Both the position numbers and the translations under genes were made by a program. A stretch of 64,000 nt of DNA, from positions 5,536,001 to 5,600,000 of the forward strand of contig OY970368.1 in the NCBI GenBank assembly GCA_963718615.1. Direction: 5' to 3'. Shown in pieces: positions 21,194 to 30,949 of this stretch (position 1 is its first letter; each line of letters begins with the position of its first letter). The DNA comes from an uncultured cyanobacterium. Lineage in GTDB: Bacteria > Cyanobacteriota > Cyanobacteriia > PCC-9006 > JAAUQQ01. Below the pieces are notes generated by a model. The model made no database searches. It was not told where the DNA came from and saw nothing but the letters and a program-made list of their open reading frames with translations.

Positions 21194-24133
21194 ATGGCAA
21201 ACCCGACTGATTTCCCCACCCTGCTCCTCGTGGATGGTCACTCCCTGGCCTTCCGCGCTTACTATGCCTTCGCCAACAGCCGTGACGGAGGGCTGCGCAC
21301 GTCCACCGGCATCCCCACCAGCGTTGCCTTTGGGTTTACGAAGTCCCTGCTGGAAACGATGGTGATGGAAAAGCCCGATGCGGTGGCGCTGGCGTTTGAC
21401 TTGGGCGGGCCGACGTTTCGCCATGAGGCAGATGCCAAATATAAGGCCAACCGGGCGGAGACGCCGGAGGATTTTATTCCAGATGTGAATAATCTGACGG
21501 AACTGTTACGGGCGTTGGATTTGCCAATTTTTGTGCAGCCGGGGTACGAGGCCGATGATGTGTTGGGGACGCTGGCCCAGCAGGGGAGCACGGCGGGGTA
21601 TCGGGTCAAGATTTTAAGTGGCGATCGCGATCTCTTCCAGCTCGTAGACCCCGCCAAACGCATCAGTATTCTATATATGAGCACCGCCTACGGCAAAGGA
21701 GCCCGCAGCAGCCAGATTCAGGAATATGGTCCCGAGGACGTTAAGGACAAGCTGGGGGTGACGCCGGAGCAGGTGGTGGACTACAAGGCGCTCTGTGGCG
21801 ATGCCTCGGACAATATTCCGGGGGTCAAGGGAATTGGTCCCAAAACGGCGGTGACGCTGCTGAATGAGTATGGGTCGCTGGAGGTGATTTACGAGTCATT
21901 GGACAAGCTCAAGCCCGCTGTGCGCAAAAAGCTGGAGGAAGACCGGGAGGCAGCGATTCATTCCCAGAAGATGGCGCGGATTATTACGGATGTGGCGATC
22001 GAGTCCGAGGTTGAGTTTGCGGAATGCTGCCAACTGCGGGGCTTTGACGTGGATAAGGTTCTGCCCCTGCTGGAAAAATTAGAGCTGCAATCCTTTATTC
22101 AGCAGATCCAAAAACTCCAAACCCTCCTAGGCGGTGCGTCGCGTTCTGCTCATCCAACTGAGCCAATCGCCCCCGCGCCCCTGACCCCCGCTCCAGACAT
22201 CTCCTCCGACCCCGATCTAGATTTCTTCAGCGCAGCCGAAACTCAAGCAGCCCAACGCCATGCAACCGAGACCCGGATTCAACCCTGGGTGATCGCAACG
22301 CCGGCCCAGCTCCAGGACTTGGTTGAAAAACTCAAAACCCACACCGATCCCCAAAATCCCGTGGCTTGGGATACGGAAACCAGTGCCCTGGATCCCCGCG
22401 ATGCGGAATTAGTCGGGATTGGCTGTTGTTGGGGCGTCGGTGCTGCCGATCTGGCCTATATTCCCCTGGGTCATAGTATCTTGGGGAGCCAGAACCTGGA
22501 ACTCTTGCCGACCCTCCAGGCCCTACGAGAGATTTTGGAAGATCCCCAATATCCTAAGGCCCTCCAGAATGCCAAGTTCGATCGCCTCATTCTCAAACAC
22601 CAGGGCGTAACCCTGCGAGGTGTTGTCTTCGATACCATGCTCGCCAGCTATCTGCTCAATCCCGACGATAACCACAAGCTCGAAAATATTTCCCAGCGGA
22701 TGTTGGGCTTTTCCTCGAAGAGCTACGACCAGCTCGGGCTCAAAAAAGGTGCTAGCATCGGCACGTTGCCGGTGGCGGATATCGCTGAATATTGTGGTTT
22801 TGATGTCTACGCAACCTATCAGCTTGTGCCCAAGCTGCGAACAGCATTGGCAGCGTTGCCCAAGCTGCTAGATTTACTCACCCAAGTCGAAATTCCCCTA
22901 GAGCCGATCTTGGCCGAAATGGAAGACCAGGGCATTCGGATTAATACGGCCTATTTACGCGAGTTTTCCAAGTCCCTGGAAACGGACCTGGCCCAACTGG
23001 AACAACAGGCTTATGACGCGGCGGGAGAAACCTTTAATTTAGGGTCACCCAAGCAGCTCAGCGAACTCTTTTTCGAGCGATTGGGGCTCGATACGAAAAA
23101 ATCCCGCAAAATCAAAACTGGCTATTCCACCGACGCCGCCGTGCTTGAAAAGCTCCAGGGCGACCATCCCGTCGTTGATTACATCGTCGAATATCGCACG
23201 TTAGCCAAGCTCAAATCCACCTACGTTGATGCCTTGCCCAACTTGGTGCGACCCGAAACGGGGCGAGTCCACACTGACTATAACCAAGCGGTGACGGCCA
23301 CGGGGCGATTGTCTTCTTCCAAACCCAATTTGCAAAATATTCCCATTCGGACTGCCTTTAGTCGACAGATTCGCCAAGCCTTTGTGCCTCAAGAGGGCTG
23401 GATTTTGGTCGCGGCGGATTATTCCCAAATCGAGTTGCGAATTTTAACCCATCTGAGCCAAGAGCCAATTTTGGTCGAGACCTACCGTAAGAACGAAGAT
23501 ATCCATGCACTTACGGCTAAACTCCTGCTGGAAAAATCAGAAATTACCAGCGAAGACCGTCGCCTTGGCAAAATCATTAACTTTGGGGTGATCTATGGCA
23601 TGGGTGCCCATCGGTTTGCTCGGGAGACGGGGGTGAGTTACGGTCAGGCCAAGGGCTTTTTGGATCGGTATCACGATCGCTATCCCAAAATTTTTGAGTA
23701 TCTTCAGCGGATGGAACAGGAGGCGATCGCCCAGGGCTACGTAGAAACTATCTGGGGCCGTCGTCGCTATTTCAATTTCACTGGCAACAATCTCCAGACC
23801 TTGCGGGGCAAAGATCCCAGCGAAGTCGATCTGGCTAAGCTCAAACCCCGAGGCTTCGATGCGGGCCTGCTCCGCGCGGCGGCCAATGCGCCGATTCAGG
23901 GGTCGAGTGCGGACATTATCAAAATTGCCATGGTCCAGCTCAGCAAACTTTTAGCCGATTACCAAGCGCGGCTGTTGCTGCAGGTGCATGACGAACTGGT
24001 CTTTGAAATGCCGCTGGAGGAGTGGGTGGAATTGGAGCATAAAATTCAGCACAGTATGGAAAATGCCGTGCAGCTCAGCATTCCGCTTCAGGTGGAAATT
24101 CGAGCTGGGGCAAACTGGATGGAGGCAAAATAG
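21194..24133 (+). CDS. polA: DNA polymerase I
   Basis: LLVDGHSLAFRAYYA, EADD, DTETS exonuclease, TGRLSS, ADYSQIELR and LQVHDELV motifs. Confidence 0.98.
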   Translation: MANPTDFPTLLLVDGHSLAFRAYYAFANSRDGGLRTSTGIPTSVAFGFTKSLLETMVMEKPDAVALAFDLGGPTFRHEADAKYKANRAETPEDFIPDVNNLTELLRALDLPIFVQPGYEADDVLGTLAQQGSTAGYRVKILSGDRDLFQLVDPAKRISILYMSTAYGKGARSSQIQEYGPEDVKDKLGVTPEQVVDYKALCGDASDNIPGVKGIGPKTAVTLLNEYGSLEVIYESLDKLKPAVRKKLEEDREAAIHSQKMARIITDVAIESEVEFAECCQLRGFDVDKVLPLLEKLELQSFIQQIQKLQTLLGGASRSAHPTEPIAPAPLTPAPDISSDPDLDFFSAAETQAAQRHATETRIQPWVIATPAQLQDLVEKLKTHTDPQNPVAWDTETSALDPRDAELVGIGCCWGVGAADLAYIPLGHSILGSQNLELLPTLQALREILEDPQYPKALQNAKFDRLILKHQGVTLRGVVFDTMLASYLLNPDDNHKLENISQRMLGFSSKSYDQLGLKKGASIGTLPVADIAEYCGFDVYATYQLVPKLRTALAALPKLLDLLTQVEIPLEPILAEMEDQGIRINTAYLREFSKSLETDLAQLEQQAYDAAGETFNLGSPKQLSELFFERLGLDTKKSRKIKTGYSTDAAVLEKLQGDHPVVDYIVEYRTLAKLKSTYVDALPNLVRPETGRVHTDYNQAVTATGRLSSSKPNLQNIPIRTAFSRQIRQAFVPQEGWILVAADYSQIELRILTHLSQEPILVETYRKNEDIHALTAKLLLEKSEITSEDRRLGKIINFGVIYGMGAHRFARETGVSYGQAKGFLDRYHDRYPKIFEYLQRMEQEAIAQGYVETIWGRRRYFNFTGNNLQTLRGKDPSEVDLAKLKPRGFDAGLLRAAANAPIQGSSADIIKIAMVQLSKLLADYQARLLLQVHDELVFEMPLEEWVELEHKIQHSMENAVQLSIPLQVEIRAGANWMEAK

Positions 24134-24145
24134 CGAGTTCTTCCC

Positions 24146-24442
24146 CTAGTCCAAAAAAATCTTTCGAATCATCTCTAGATCATCCAGGTGATAGCTCAGC
24201 CAAGTTTTGCCCTGAATCCACACCTCCACATTGGGGCAATCAAAATCCCGCGCCAGCACATCCAGACGCACCGTTAGCCCATCGGCCAAGACCTCCGCAA
24301 ACAGACGATCCACGGATTCCGTATCTGCACAATGGGCGATCAGAGTATGGTCATCCATGGATTCATCATCCTTGGCGGCAATGGTGAGACCCTCGATCGG
24401 GGGAAGATGATAGCGATCGCGTAGCGTTTGAGTCAAGCTCAT
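24146..24442 (-). CDS. Hypothetical protein
   Basis: 98-aa ORF convergent with polA; no recognised motif. Confidence 0.55.
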   Translation of the reverse strand: MSLTQTLRDRYHLPPIEGLTIAAKDDESMDDHTLIAHCADTESVDRLFAEVLADGLTVRLDVLARDFDCPNVEVWIQGKTWLSYHLDDLEMIRKIFLD

Positions 24443-24636
24443 GGTACAGGCTCCAGATTGCGTCCAGACGCCCCTGAGTAAAAAGAGGTCGCCTATACCC
24501 CAGTCGGAAAACCGTTGGTTCGAGTCGTAATAAATTTCAGGTGCATCGTTCTTTTCTCCTCTGCCGCATATTAGTAATTATCTATACAGAGTGATCTGCG
24601 AGTCTTCCGTACAACCTGAAAAATTTAAGATCGGCT

Positions 24637-26298
24637 TTAGCTCAGACTGAAGGAATTTACGCCAGTCACCGTAGTTCCATTCATTTGCCAAATCTTGAGC
24701 TCCCCTAGACTCGCATTATACCAGGCGATATCCGAGTAGCTGTCTACGGTGTAATCGGCGATCGCCCCCAGCACCCAACCGTCCGCTACGCCTGCGGTGT
24801 CGATACTGCTATCGATTGCCTCCAGGGATAGCCCGACCCCATTGCTCTCTAGCTGCTGCGTAAACAGAGCAGCGGATTGTGAATCCTGCCACAACAGTTC
24901 GAAGGTTCCATCCTGGTCAAAATCGCCACTCCCCACAATGGTTTTGCCCGTGACCGAGCCCAGTTGAAACGGCACCTTGTCCGTTTGCTGACCCTCGCTG
25001 ATATACCACAGGACCGCTGCTCCCGTTTCCCTGTTATACCAAATCAAATCCGACTGATCATCCTGATTAAAATCGCCCGTGCCGTGGATTTGCCAAGCCC
25101 CGTCGGTCACCGAAGGGAGGACCATTGCCGTGGGACGCTGTTCGGCATCCATCAGCCAAAGTAGGGTTTGGCCTGTTTTTTGATTGCGCCAGACCCAATC
25201 TGCGATCGCATCTCCATTAAACTGACCACTGCCTTGAATTTGCCAATTCGCATCTTGGATCGTGGGACCGACCTGCTGAATTTGCTGAATCTGTGTGCGA
25301 TCGAGAGCCACGACCTGAGCGGCTCCCCCTTGGGGCGATCGCAGTAGAAAATCGCTCTGATAATCTCCATTAAAGTCTGTAAGAACCGTTGGATTTTGAA
25401 CCTGAATCAAAAAAGTTTGTTCGACGGCATTACCCTGAAGATTAGTGGCACGCAGTGTAATGGATGTGCTGCCGATTTTTTTCGGTAGATAATCAAGAAT
25501 GAGTTGATTGTTTTCAATCTTTGCATTGATCAGATTGGGGTTGGAATTTTGGGCGATCGCAAAACTCAACTCTTCTTGCTGGAAGACCGTGATGCTTTTG
25601 TAGCGCACAAAGTTTTCATCCCTAGTGATCAAAAGACTGCTAGGATCGTCAAAAATTATAGGAATCTCGGCAAAGGCACCGTTGACCCTACTGACGTCAA
25701 ATCTGGGGAGCGCTGCGATCGCATCCACCGCGACCAAGTCGGCCTCAGAGATCACTTCTCCAAAAACCGTAAACCCGTCATTTTGACTGTTGAGACTAGC
25801 CGAATTATCCTTGAGGTTAAAAAACCATTGACTCGTTGCACTATTTGGGTCACCACCGATCTTGGCAAAAGCGATCGTTCCTCGGGTATTGGAGCGCGCA
25901 GCACTAAACTCGTTCTGAATGGGCGCATCCGTTGGGACTGAGAAAATCGCATTGTTAGGGGTTTGGAGATTATTCGCTAAATCGTTAACAATAAACCCTC
26001 CCCCCTGAACGACAAAATTCGGAATAGACCGATGGATAATACTATTCACATAGTCACCATCATTCACATAGTTCACAAAGTTTTGAACACTCACCGGTGC
26101 GCCACTACCGGGTTGATCGTAGAGCAAAACATGGGTAATGCCACCGCCCAAACTAGTGTTTTCTAACTCAAAGCGAGCGGTTAATCCTGTCGTTAATGGA
26201 TCATCAAAATAGTCAAACAAGCTAATGACGCTATCAGCCGCTGTAGGAAGGGTGAGAATGTCTGAGATGGGGGTTTTAACAATGGGTGTGGATGGCAT
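24637..26298 (-). CDS. Cyclophilin-type peptidyl-prolyl isomerase with C-terminal FG-GAP/VCBS repeats
   Basis: HRSIPNFVVQGGG, RGTIAFAK and SATSQWFFN motifs; DFNGD/DFNQD/DFDQD repeats. Confidence 0.88.
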   Translation of the reverse strand: MPSTPIVKTPISDILTLPTAADSVISLFDYFDDPLTTGLTARFELENTSLGGGITHVLLYDQPGSGAPVSVQNFVNYVNDGDYVNSIIHRSIPNFVVQGGGFIVNDLANNLQTPNNAIFSVPTDAPIQNEFSAARSNTRGTIAFAKIGGDPNSATSQWFFNLKDNSASLNSQNDGFTVFGEVISEADLVAVDAIAALPRFDVSRVNGAFAEIPIIFDDPSSLLITRDENFVRYKSITVFQQEELSFAIAQNSNPNLINAKIENNQLILDYLPKKIGSTSITLRATNLQGNAVEQTFLIQVQNPTVLTDFNGDYQSDFLLRSPQGGAAQVVALDRTQIQQIQQVGPTIQDANWQIQGSGQFNGDAIADWVWRNQKTGQTLLWLMDAEQRPTAMVLPSVTDGAWQIHGTGDFNQDDQSDLIWYNRETGAAVLWYISEGQQTDKVPFQLGSVTGKTIVGSGDFDQDGTFELLWQDSQSAALFTQQLESNGVGLSLEAIDSSIDTAGVADGWVLGAIADYTVDSYSDIAWYNASLGELKIWQMNGTTVTGVNSFSLS

Positions 26299-26412
26299 GG
26301 GGAAACTCTCCCGAACGATCGCGCAGGCTGAAGGATGGATGCTTAGGGTACCCGACTCGACCTTAATTTTTGCGCAGTACTGTAGATCTTAGGTCATATT
26401 GGATGCTGCAAT

Positions 26413-27306
26413 TCAGCGCCGCTTCAGTAATTTCCTGCCTTGGGGGGCAATGAGGGCGATCGCCACCAAAACCGCTGTCACCAAATTCAAATCCTGAGCC
26501 TGGAGGCCAATCCAGTCTGCATTGAGGGCGAGGGCGATCGCCAATCGATAGACCACCGCCCCCAGCAACACGCCCAACGTCCGCAGGGGCACCTTGCCCG
26601 AGCTTCCCCCCAGCAGCGCCTCGCCAATAATCACCGCCGCTAAGCCAAACACAATCGTTCCCACCCCCAGAGACACATCCGCAAAGCCGTTGGTCTGGGC
26701 AAACAAGGCTCCCGCCAACGCCACCAGGCCATTACTCAGCGCTAGCCCGGTCATGATCATGCCCCCGGTCCGAATCCCCTGGGCTTCTGCCATGGTTGGC
26801 GTCGAGCCTGTGGCACGCATAGCCAGACCCATTTCGGAGGCCAGGAAGGCATCCAGTAAAAATTTTGTTGCGATCGCAACCCCAAACAACACCAGGGGAA
26901 TCCCTACCCGTTTCGGCAACAGCTCCAGCACCCCTTGGAGCGGTGTCAAAATTGTCGGTTCACCCAGGAGCGAAACGTTGGGCTGGCCCATAATCCGCAG
27001 ATTGATTGAATAGAGCGCGATCATCGTCAGGATGCTGGCAAGGAGATTGAGAATCTTGAATTGGACCGACAGCCAAGCGGTGCAAAGACCCGCGAGACCG
27101 CCTGCGAGGAGAGCGATCGCCGTTGCCCAGATCGGATGAACCCCATTGACAATCAGTGTAGCCGCCACTGCTCCGCCCAGGGGAAAGCTACCGTCAACGG
27201 TGAGATCAGGAAAGTCGAGCACTCGGAAGGAAAGATACACCCCGAGGCCAACCAAGCCATAGATAAAACCTAGCTCAAGGGCACCGGAGAAGGCGATCCA
27301 GTTCAT
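26413..27306 (-). CDS. ABC transporter permease (COG4120 type)
   Basis: PDLTVDGSFPLGGA, LYSINLRIMG and GLAAVIIGE motifs. Confidence 0.9.
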   Translation of the reverse strand: MNWIAFSGALELGFIYGLVGLGVYLSFRVLDFPDLTVDGSFPLGGAVAATLIVNGVHPIWATAIALLAGGLAGLCTAWLSVQFKILNLLASILTMIALYSINLRIMGQPNVSLLGEPTILTPLQGVLELLPKRVGIPLVLFGVAIATKFLLDAFLASEMGLAMRATGSTPTMAEAQGIRTGGMIMTGLALSNGLVALAGALFAQTNGFADVSLGVGTIVFGLAAVIIGEALLGGSSGKVPLRTLGVLLGAVVYRLAIALALNADWIGLQAQDLNLVTAVLVAIALIAPQGRKLLKRR

Positions 27307-27687
27307 GACAAACGCTGAAGAACAAGAGACGATTCCTTAATCATCCCGCATTTATCCTAGGCCAAGATCCATTTTGGGAGACATGGCGACAGCGCAACAA
27401 AAATGCATGACAACCCCAAGGCTAATAATATTGTGTTACGCTCGATACAAGCTAAGTTTAAATCGAGACTCAATTCAGGCTTGAGATCTTCGGCACCGAT
27501 CCTGCATGACTTAGGCTTGCAGATCCATGTTTTGGCCGAATTAGATTTTTAATAACCTCGAAAATACAAAACACCAGGTTAATGATGCCTGATGCTCATT
27601 TTTCATGCCGAGAAAACCTTGGTCATCGACAGAGCTTACAGCTTCGAAAAGCCCTGAGAGACTCAAGAATAGATAGGAAAAACTAAA

Positions 27688-28809
27688 ATGGCAATCCTCA
27701 AAGAAACCGCCTTAGTCTATTGTGAAAATCAGTTTGGCCTAGCCGATGGTAAAACAGCCGCAGGCTTAGTTCGGCATTCTGAACTCTATGATATTGTCGG
27801 CGTGATCGATAGTGCGCTAACGGGCAAAGATGCGGGGGAGGAGTTAGGCGAGACAAAGCGTAACATTCCGATTTTTGCCAATTTAACCGAGGCCCTGAGC
27901 GAGCTTGTACAAATTCCCGACTGTTATATCTATGGGAAAGCTCCCTTAGAAGCCTGCATCTCTAAGCTAGAAAGACTGCTGATCTTAGAAGCCATGGAAA
28001 AGGGCATGGATATTATCAATGGTCTCCATCAACTTTTTTCAGAAGATCAAGAATTTATTGATATGGCGGTTCAATGCCGAGTCAATATTAAGGATATTCG
28101 CAAGCCCCCAGAATTAAAAAATCTCCATGTTTTTAGCGGCCAAATCGCTCAAGTGAACATTCCCGTCATTGCGGTATTGGGCACCGACTGCGCCTGTGGC
28201 AAGATGACCACAGCGGTAGAGCTGAATGAAGCCCTAAACCGCCAGGGCATCAAATCCATCATGATTGCCACCGGTCAAACCAGCTTGATGCAGGGCGCTA
28301 AATATGGTGCGCCCATGGATGCTCTCGTGTCCCAATTTGCCATCGGTGAAATCGAGCATGCTGTTGTGCAGGCCTTTGAGCAAGAACAGCCCGATATCAT
28401 TTTGGTCGAGGGGCAAAGCTCCGTGAGCCATCCCGCCTTTATGAGTTCTATCGGCATTCTCAAGGGATGTTTGCCCGATGGTATTATTCTCCAGCATCCG
28501 CCCGCTCGAAAAGCTCGCTGTGATTTTCCCCAGTTAGCGATGCCAAACATTGAAGATGAGATTCATTTGATTGAAGCGATCTCCCAATCCCAGGTGATGG
28601 CGATCGCCCTCAGCCACGAAGACCTACCCGAATCAGAAATTCCCAAAATCATTGCAGATTATGAAACTCGATTGCAATTACCCACAACGGATGTGTTGCA
28701 TTATAGCTGTCAGAAATTGATTAATGCGTTGTGCGATCGCTTCCCCAATCTCAAGCAAATTATTGAACGCAACCGTTTAGAAAAAATGCCGATGCTCTCC
28801 GCAAGATAG
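27688..28809 (+). CDS. DUF1611 (DgcN-like) P-loop protein
   Basis: GKTAAGLVR, GTDCACGKMTT, ATGQT and VEGQSSVSHP motifs. Confidence 0.88.
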   Translation: MAILKETALVYCENQFGLADGKTAAGLVRHSELYDIVGVIDSALTGKDAGEELGETKRNIPIFANLTEALSELVQIPDCYIYGKAPLEACISKLERLLILEAMEKGMDIINGLHQLFSEDQEFIDMAVQCRVNIKDIRKPPELKNLHVFSGQIAQVNIPVIAVLGTDCACGKMTTAVELNEALNRQGIKSIMIATGQTSLMQGAKYGAPMDALVSQFAIGEIEHAVVQAFEQEQPDIILVEGQSSVSHPAFMSSIGILKGCLPDGIILQHPPARKARCDFPQLAMPNIEDEIHLIEAISQSQVMAIALSHEDLPESEIPKIIADYETRLQLPTTDVLHYSCQKLINALCDRFPNLKQIIERNRLEKMPMLSAR

Positions 28810-28842
28810 GCAGAGTGGATCGGTACAGCCTAGACCGCAACG

Positions 28843-29910
28843 ATGAAGTCATTCCTGCCACGGATAGAAATTTCTCTATCCAAAATTCGACATAATGCTC
28901 GGATCCTATCCGAGCGCTATGGGCGTCAGGGTATCGAACTCATGGGCGTCTCCAAAGCAATCTTGGGAGATCCTGCGATCGCCCAGGCCATGGTGCAAGG
29001 GGGGGTCAAGTTTATCGCGGACTCTCGCCTCGAAAATATTGAAAAACTTAGAGCATCTCAGCTAGAAACCCAGTTTGTTTTACTGCGCACGGCCCTCAGT
29101 CAAGCAGAAGCGGTGGTGGCCCATGTTGATATTAGTCTGAACACAGAACTGGAGACGTTAAAAGAACTTTCCCATTACGCCCAATCAACGAACAAAATCC
29201 ATCAAGTCATCATCATGGTGGAGCTAGGGGATTTGCGAGAGGGTGTACTGCCCGGTGATCTTTTACAATTCCTACAGCGAACCCTGCGATTGTCCCATCT
29301 TAAGGTGGTTGGCATTGGCTGCAATTTAGCCTGCTATGGCGGCATCAAGCCCGACCTCGCTAAAATGCAGGAGCTCTCCCAGTTGGCCACTGCCCTAGAG
29401 CATAAACTTCACATTCAATTGCAGATTGTCTCTGGCGGTAACTCTGCCAATGATGAATGGGCTCAATCTACGCCAGAAGTGGGAAGAGTTAACAATTTAC
29501 GCCTAGGTGAATCAATTTTGTTAGGGCGAGAAACGGTCTATGGCAAAACGATTGCTGGACTAAAAACCGATGCTTTTGAACTCTTTGCTGAAGTCATCGA
29601 ATCCAAACTAAAACCCTCTTTACCCTTTGGACAATCCTGCCCCAATGCCTTTGGGGAAATGCCCGTTTTTCGAGATCAAGGGATGCAGCAAAGAGCTATT
29701 CTGGCCTTGGGCAGGCAGGATGTTTCGATCTCTGATTTACGATCCGACGCGGTAGAACTCCTCGGTTCTAGCAGCGATCACATCATTCTCCATAGCAACC
29801 AAGAGCCGCTTGTCCTGGGTAGCACCGTCAAGTTTCAGCTCAACTACGGCGGTGTTTTGGCCGCCATGACCTCTCCTTTTATTCGCAAGCAATTTATCGA
29901 CCCGCTTTAG
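28843..29910 (+). CDS. Alanine/ornithine racemase-family PLP enzyme
   Basis: GVSK (PLP Lys), ADSRLEN, MVELGDLREG, SGGNS, LRLGESILLG and SSDH motifs. Confidence 0.88.
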   Translation: MKSFLPRIEISLSKIRHNARILSERYGRQGIELMGVSKAILGDPAIAQAMVQGGVKFIADSRLENIEKLRASQLETQFVLLRTALSQAEAVVAHVDISLNTELETLKELSHYAQSTNKIHQVIIMVELGDLREGVLPGDLLQFLQRTLRLSHLKVVGIGCNLACYGGIKPDLAKMQELSQLATALEHKLHIQLQIVSGGNSANDEWAQSTPEVGRVNNLRLGESILLGRETVYGKTIAGLKTDAFELFAEVIESKLKPSLPFGQSCPNAFGEMPVFRDQGMQQRAILALGRQDVSISDLRSDAVELLGSSSDHIILHSNQEPLVLGSTVKFQLNYGGVLAAMTSPFIRKQFIDPL

Positions 29911-29980
29911 GTGCCCTGGCCCTTGCCACCGTCCAAAAGGCTCTACCATAATGGGCCTGTTCCTCTGCCCCCCCTGCGCT

Positions 29981-30448
29981 ATGGCTGCCCCTTGGCAAAC
30001 GGAGCCCGTCATCCAACACACCCAGCGACTGCTGTTTAGTTTTGAATATTGGCTGGGGCGATCGCTCCTTCCCCAGGCCACTCTCTCTCCCGAAAATAAT
30101 GCCCAGCAATTATTCGACGCCGACTTTGTTCTGGTTTCCCACGGTTTGCAGGCCGACCCGATCTTCAACTACGGTAACCGCCAAGCCTTAGCGCTCTGGG
30201 AGCTGAGCTGGGACAGCCTCATCCAAATGCCCTCCCGTAAAACTGCCGAAGTGGATCTGCGAGCCGATCGCGCCCAAATGCTCACCGCTGCTCTGCGCAA
30301 GGGCTATATCGAGCATTATGAAGGGATCCGAATTTCTAGCACGGGCCACCGCTTTCGCATCCTGGATGGCATTATCTGGAATGTGGTCGACGAACTCGGC
30401 ACCCGCTGGGGCCAAGCGGCCACGTTTTCACGCTATGAGTTTCTATGA
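29981..30448 (+). CDS. MEKHLA-domain (PAS-like) protein
   Basis: LVSHG..DPIFNYGN..AL.LWE..PSR..AE, YEGIRIS.TG.RF.I and GQAATF motifs. Confidence 0.88.
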   Translation: MAAPWQTEPVIQHTQRLLFSFEYWLGRSLLPQATLSPENNAQQLFDADFVLVSHGLQADPIFNYGNRQALALWELSWDSLIQMPSRKTAEVDLRADRAQMLTAALRKGYIEHYEGIRISSTGHRFRILDGIIWNVVDELGTRWGQAATFSRYEFL

Positions 30449-30452
30449 GCCC

Positions 30453-30755
30453 ATGTCTTCCCTCGAACCGCCCGAACCGCCCAACGCCCCAGAAGTCTCT
30501 ACAACTCCACCAACCGCCCTTAGCGTTTGGGCGTTTAAGCCTTGGTGGTGCCAGCCTTGGAGTATCTTACTGACGGGATTTGGGGCGATCGCCCTCAGTT
30601 GGTTCCTGGCCCATCGGCTCTGGCTCACGGGCCTCGTCGCGATTCCGTTCCTAGCCTGGATGGGCTTTTTCCTGCTGGTCTTTCCCAAAGCCATGGCTGA
30701 AAGCGGCTTACTCGAAGAAATGCAGCGCAAGGCCTCCCCGCCGTTCGATATCTAG
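30453..30755 (+). CDS. Conserved cyanobacterial small membrane protein
   Basis: KPWWCQPWSILLTG motif plus 2 TM segments. Confidence 0.75.
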   Translation: MSSLEPPEPPNAPEVSTTPPTALSVWAFKPWWCQPWSILLTGFGAIALSWFLAHRLWLTGLVAIPFLAWMGFFLLVFPKAMAESGLLEEMQRKASPPFDI

Positions 30756-30949
30756 TTGATTTGGGCATTCTGGTACAAAGTCATTCTGTCATCCATCAGG
30801 CATCGGCTTGTTCCAGCCTGGATTGCGTATCCCCACTGATCCCCTCAAGACAGGTTCTCCTCCAACCGGTCTATCTCTCTATGGTTTTAGCACCACCCTA
30901 GGGAACATTTTTGCTGAGCGAGATTTATCAATACCGGGAGACAAGCACG

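Noticed and set aside
20882-21424. 180-aa minus-strand ORF overlapping the polA start
   Set aside because: Shadow ORF with no motifs.
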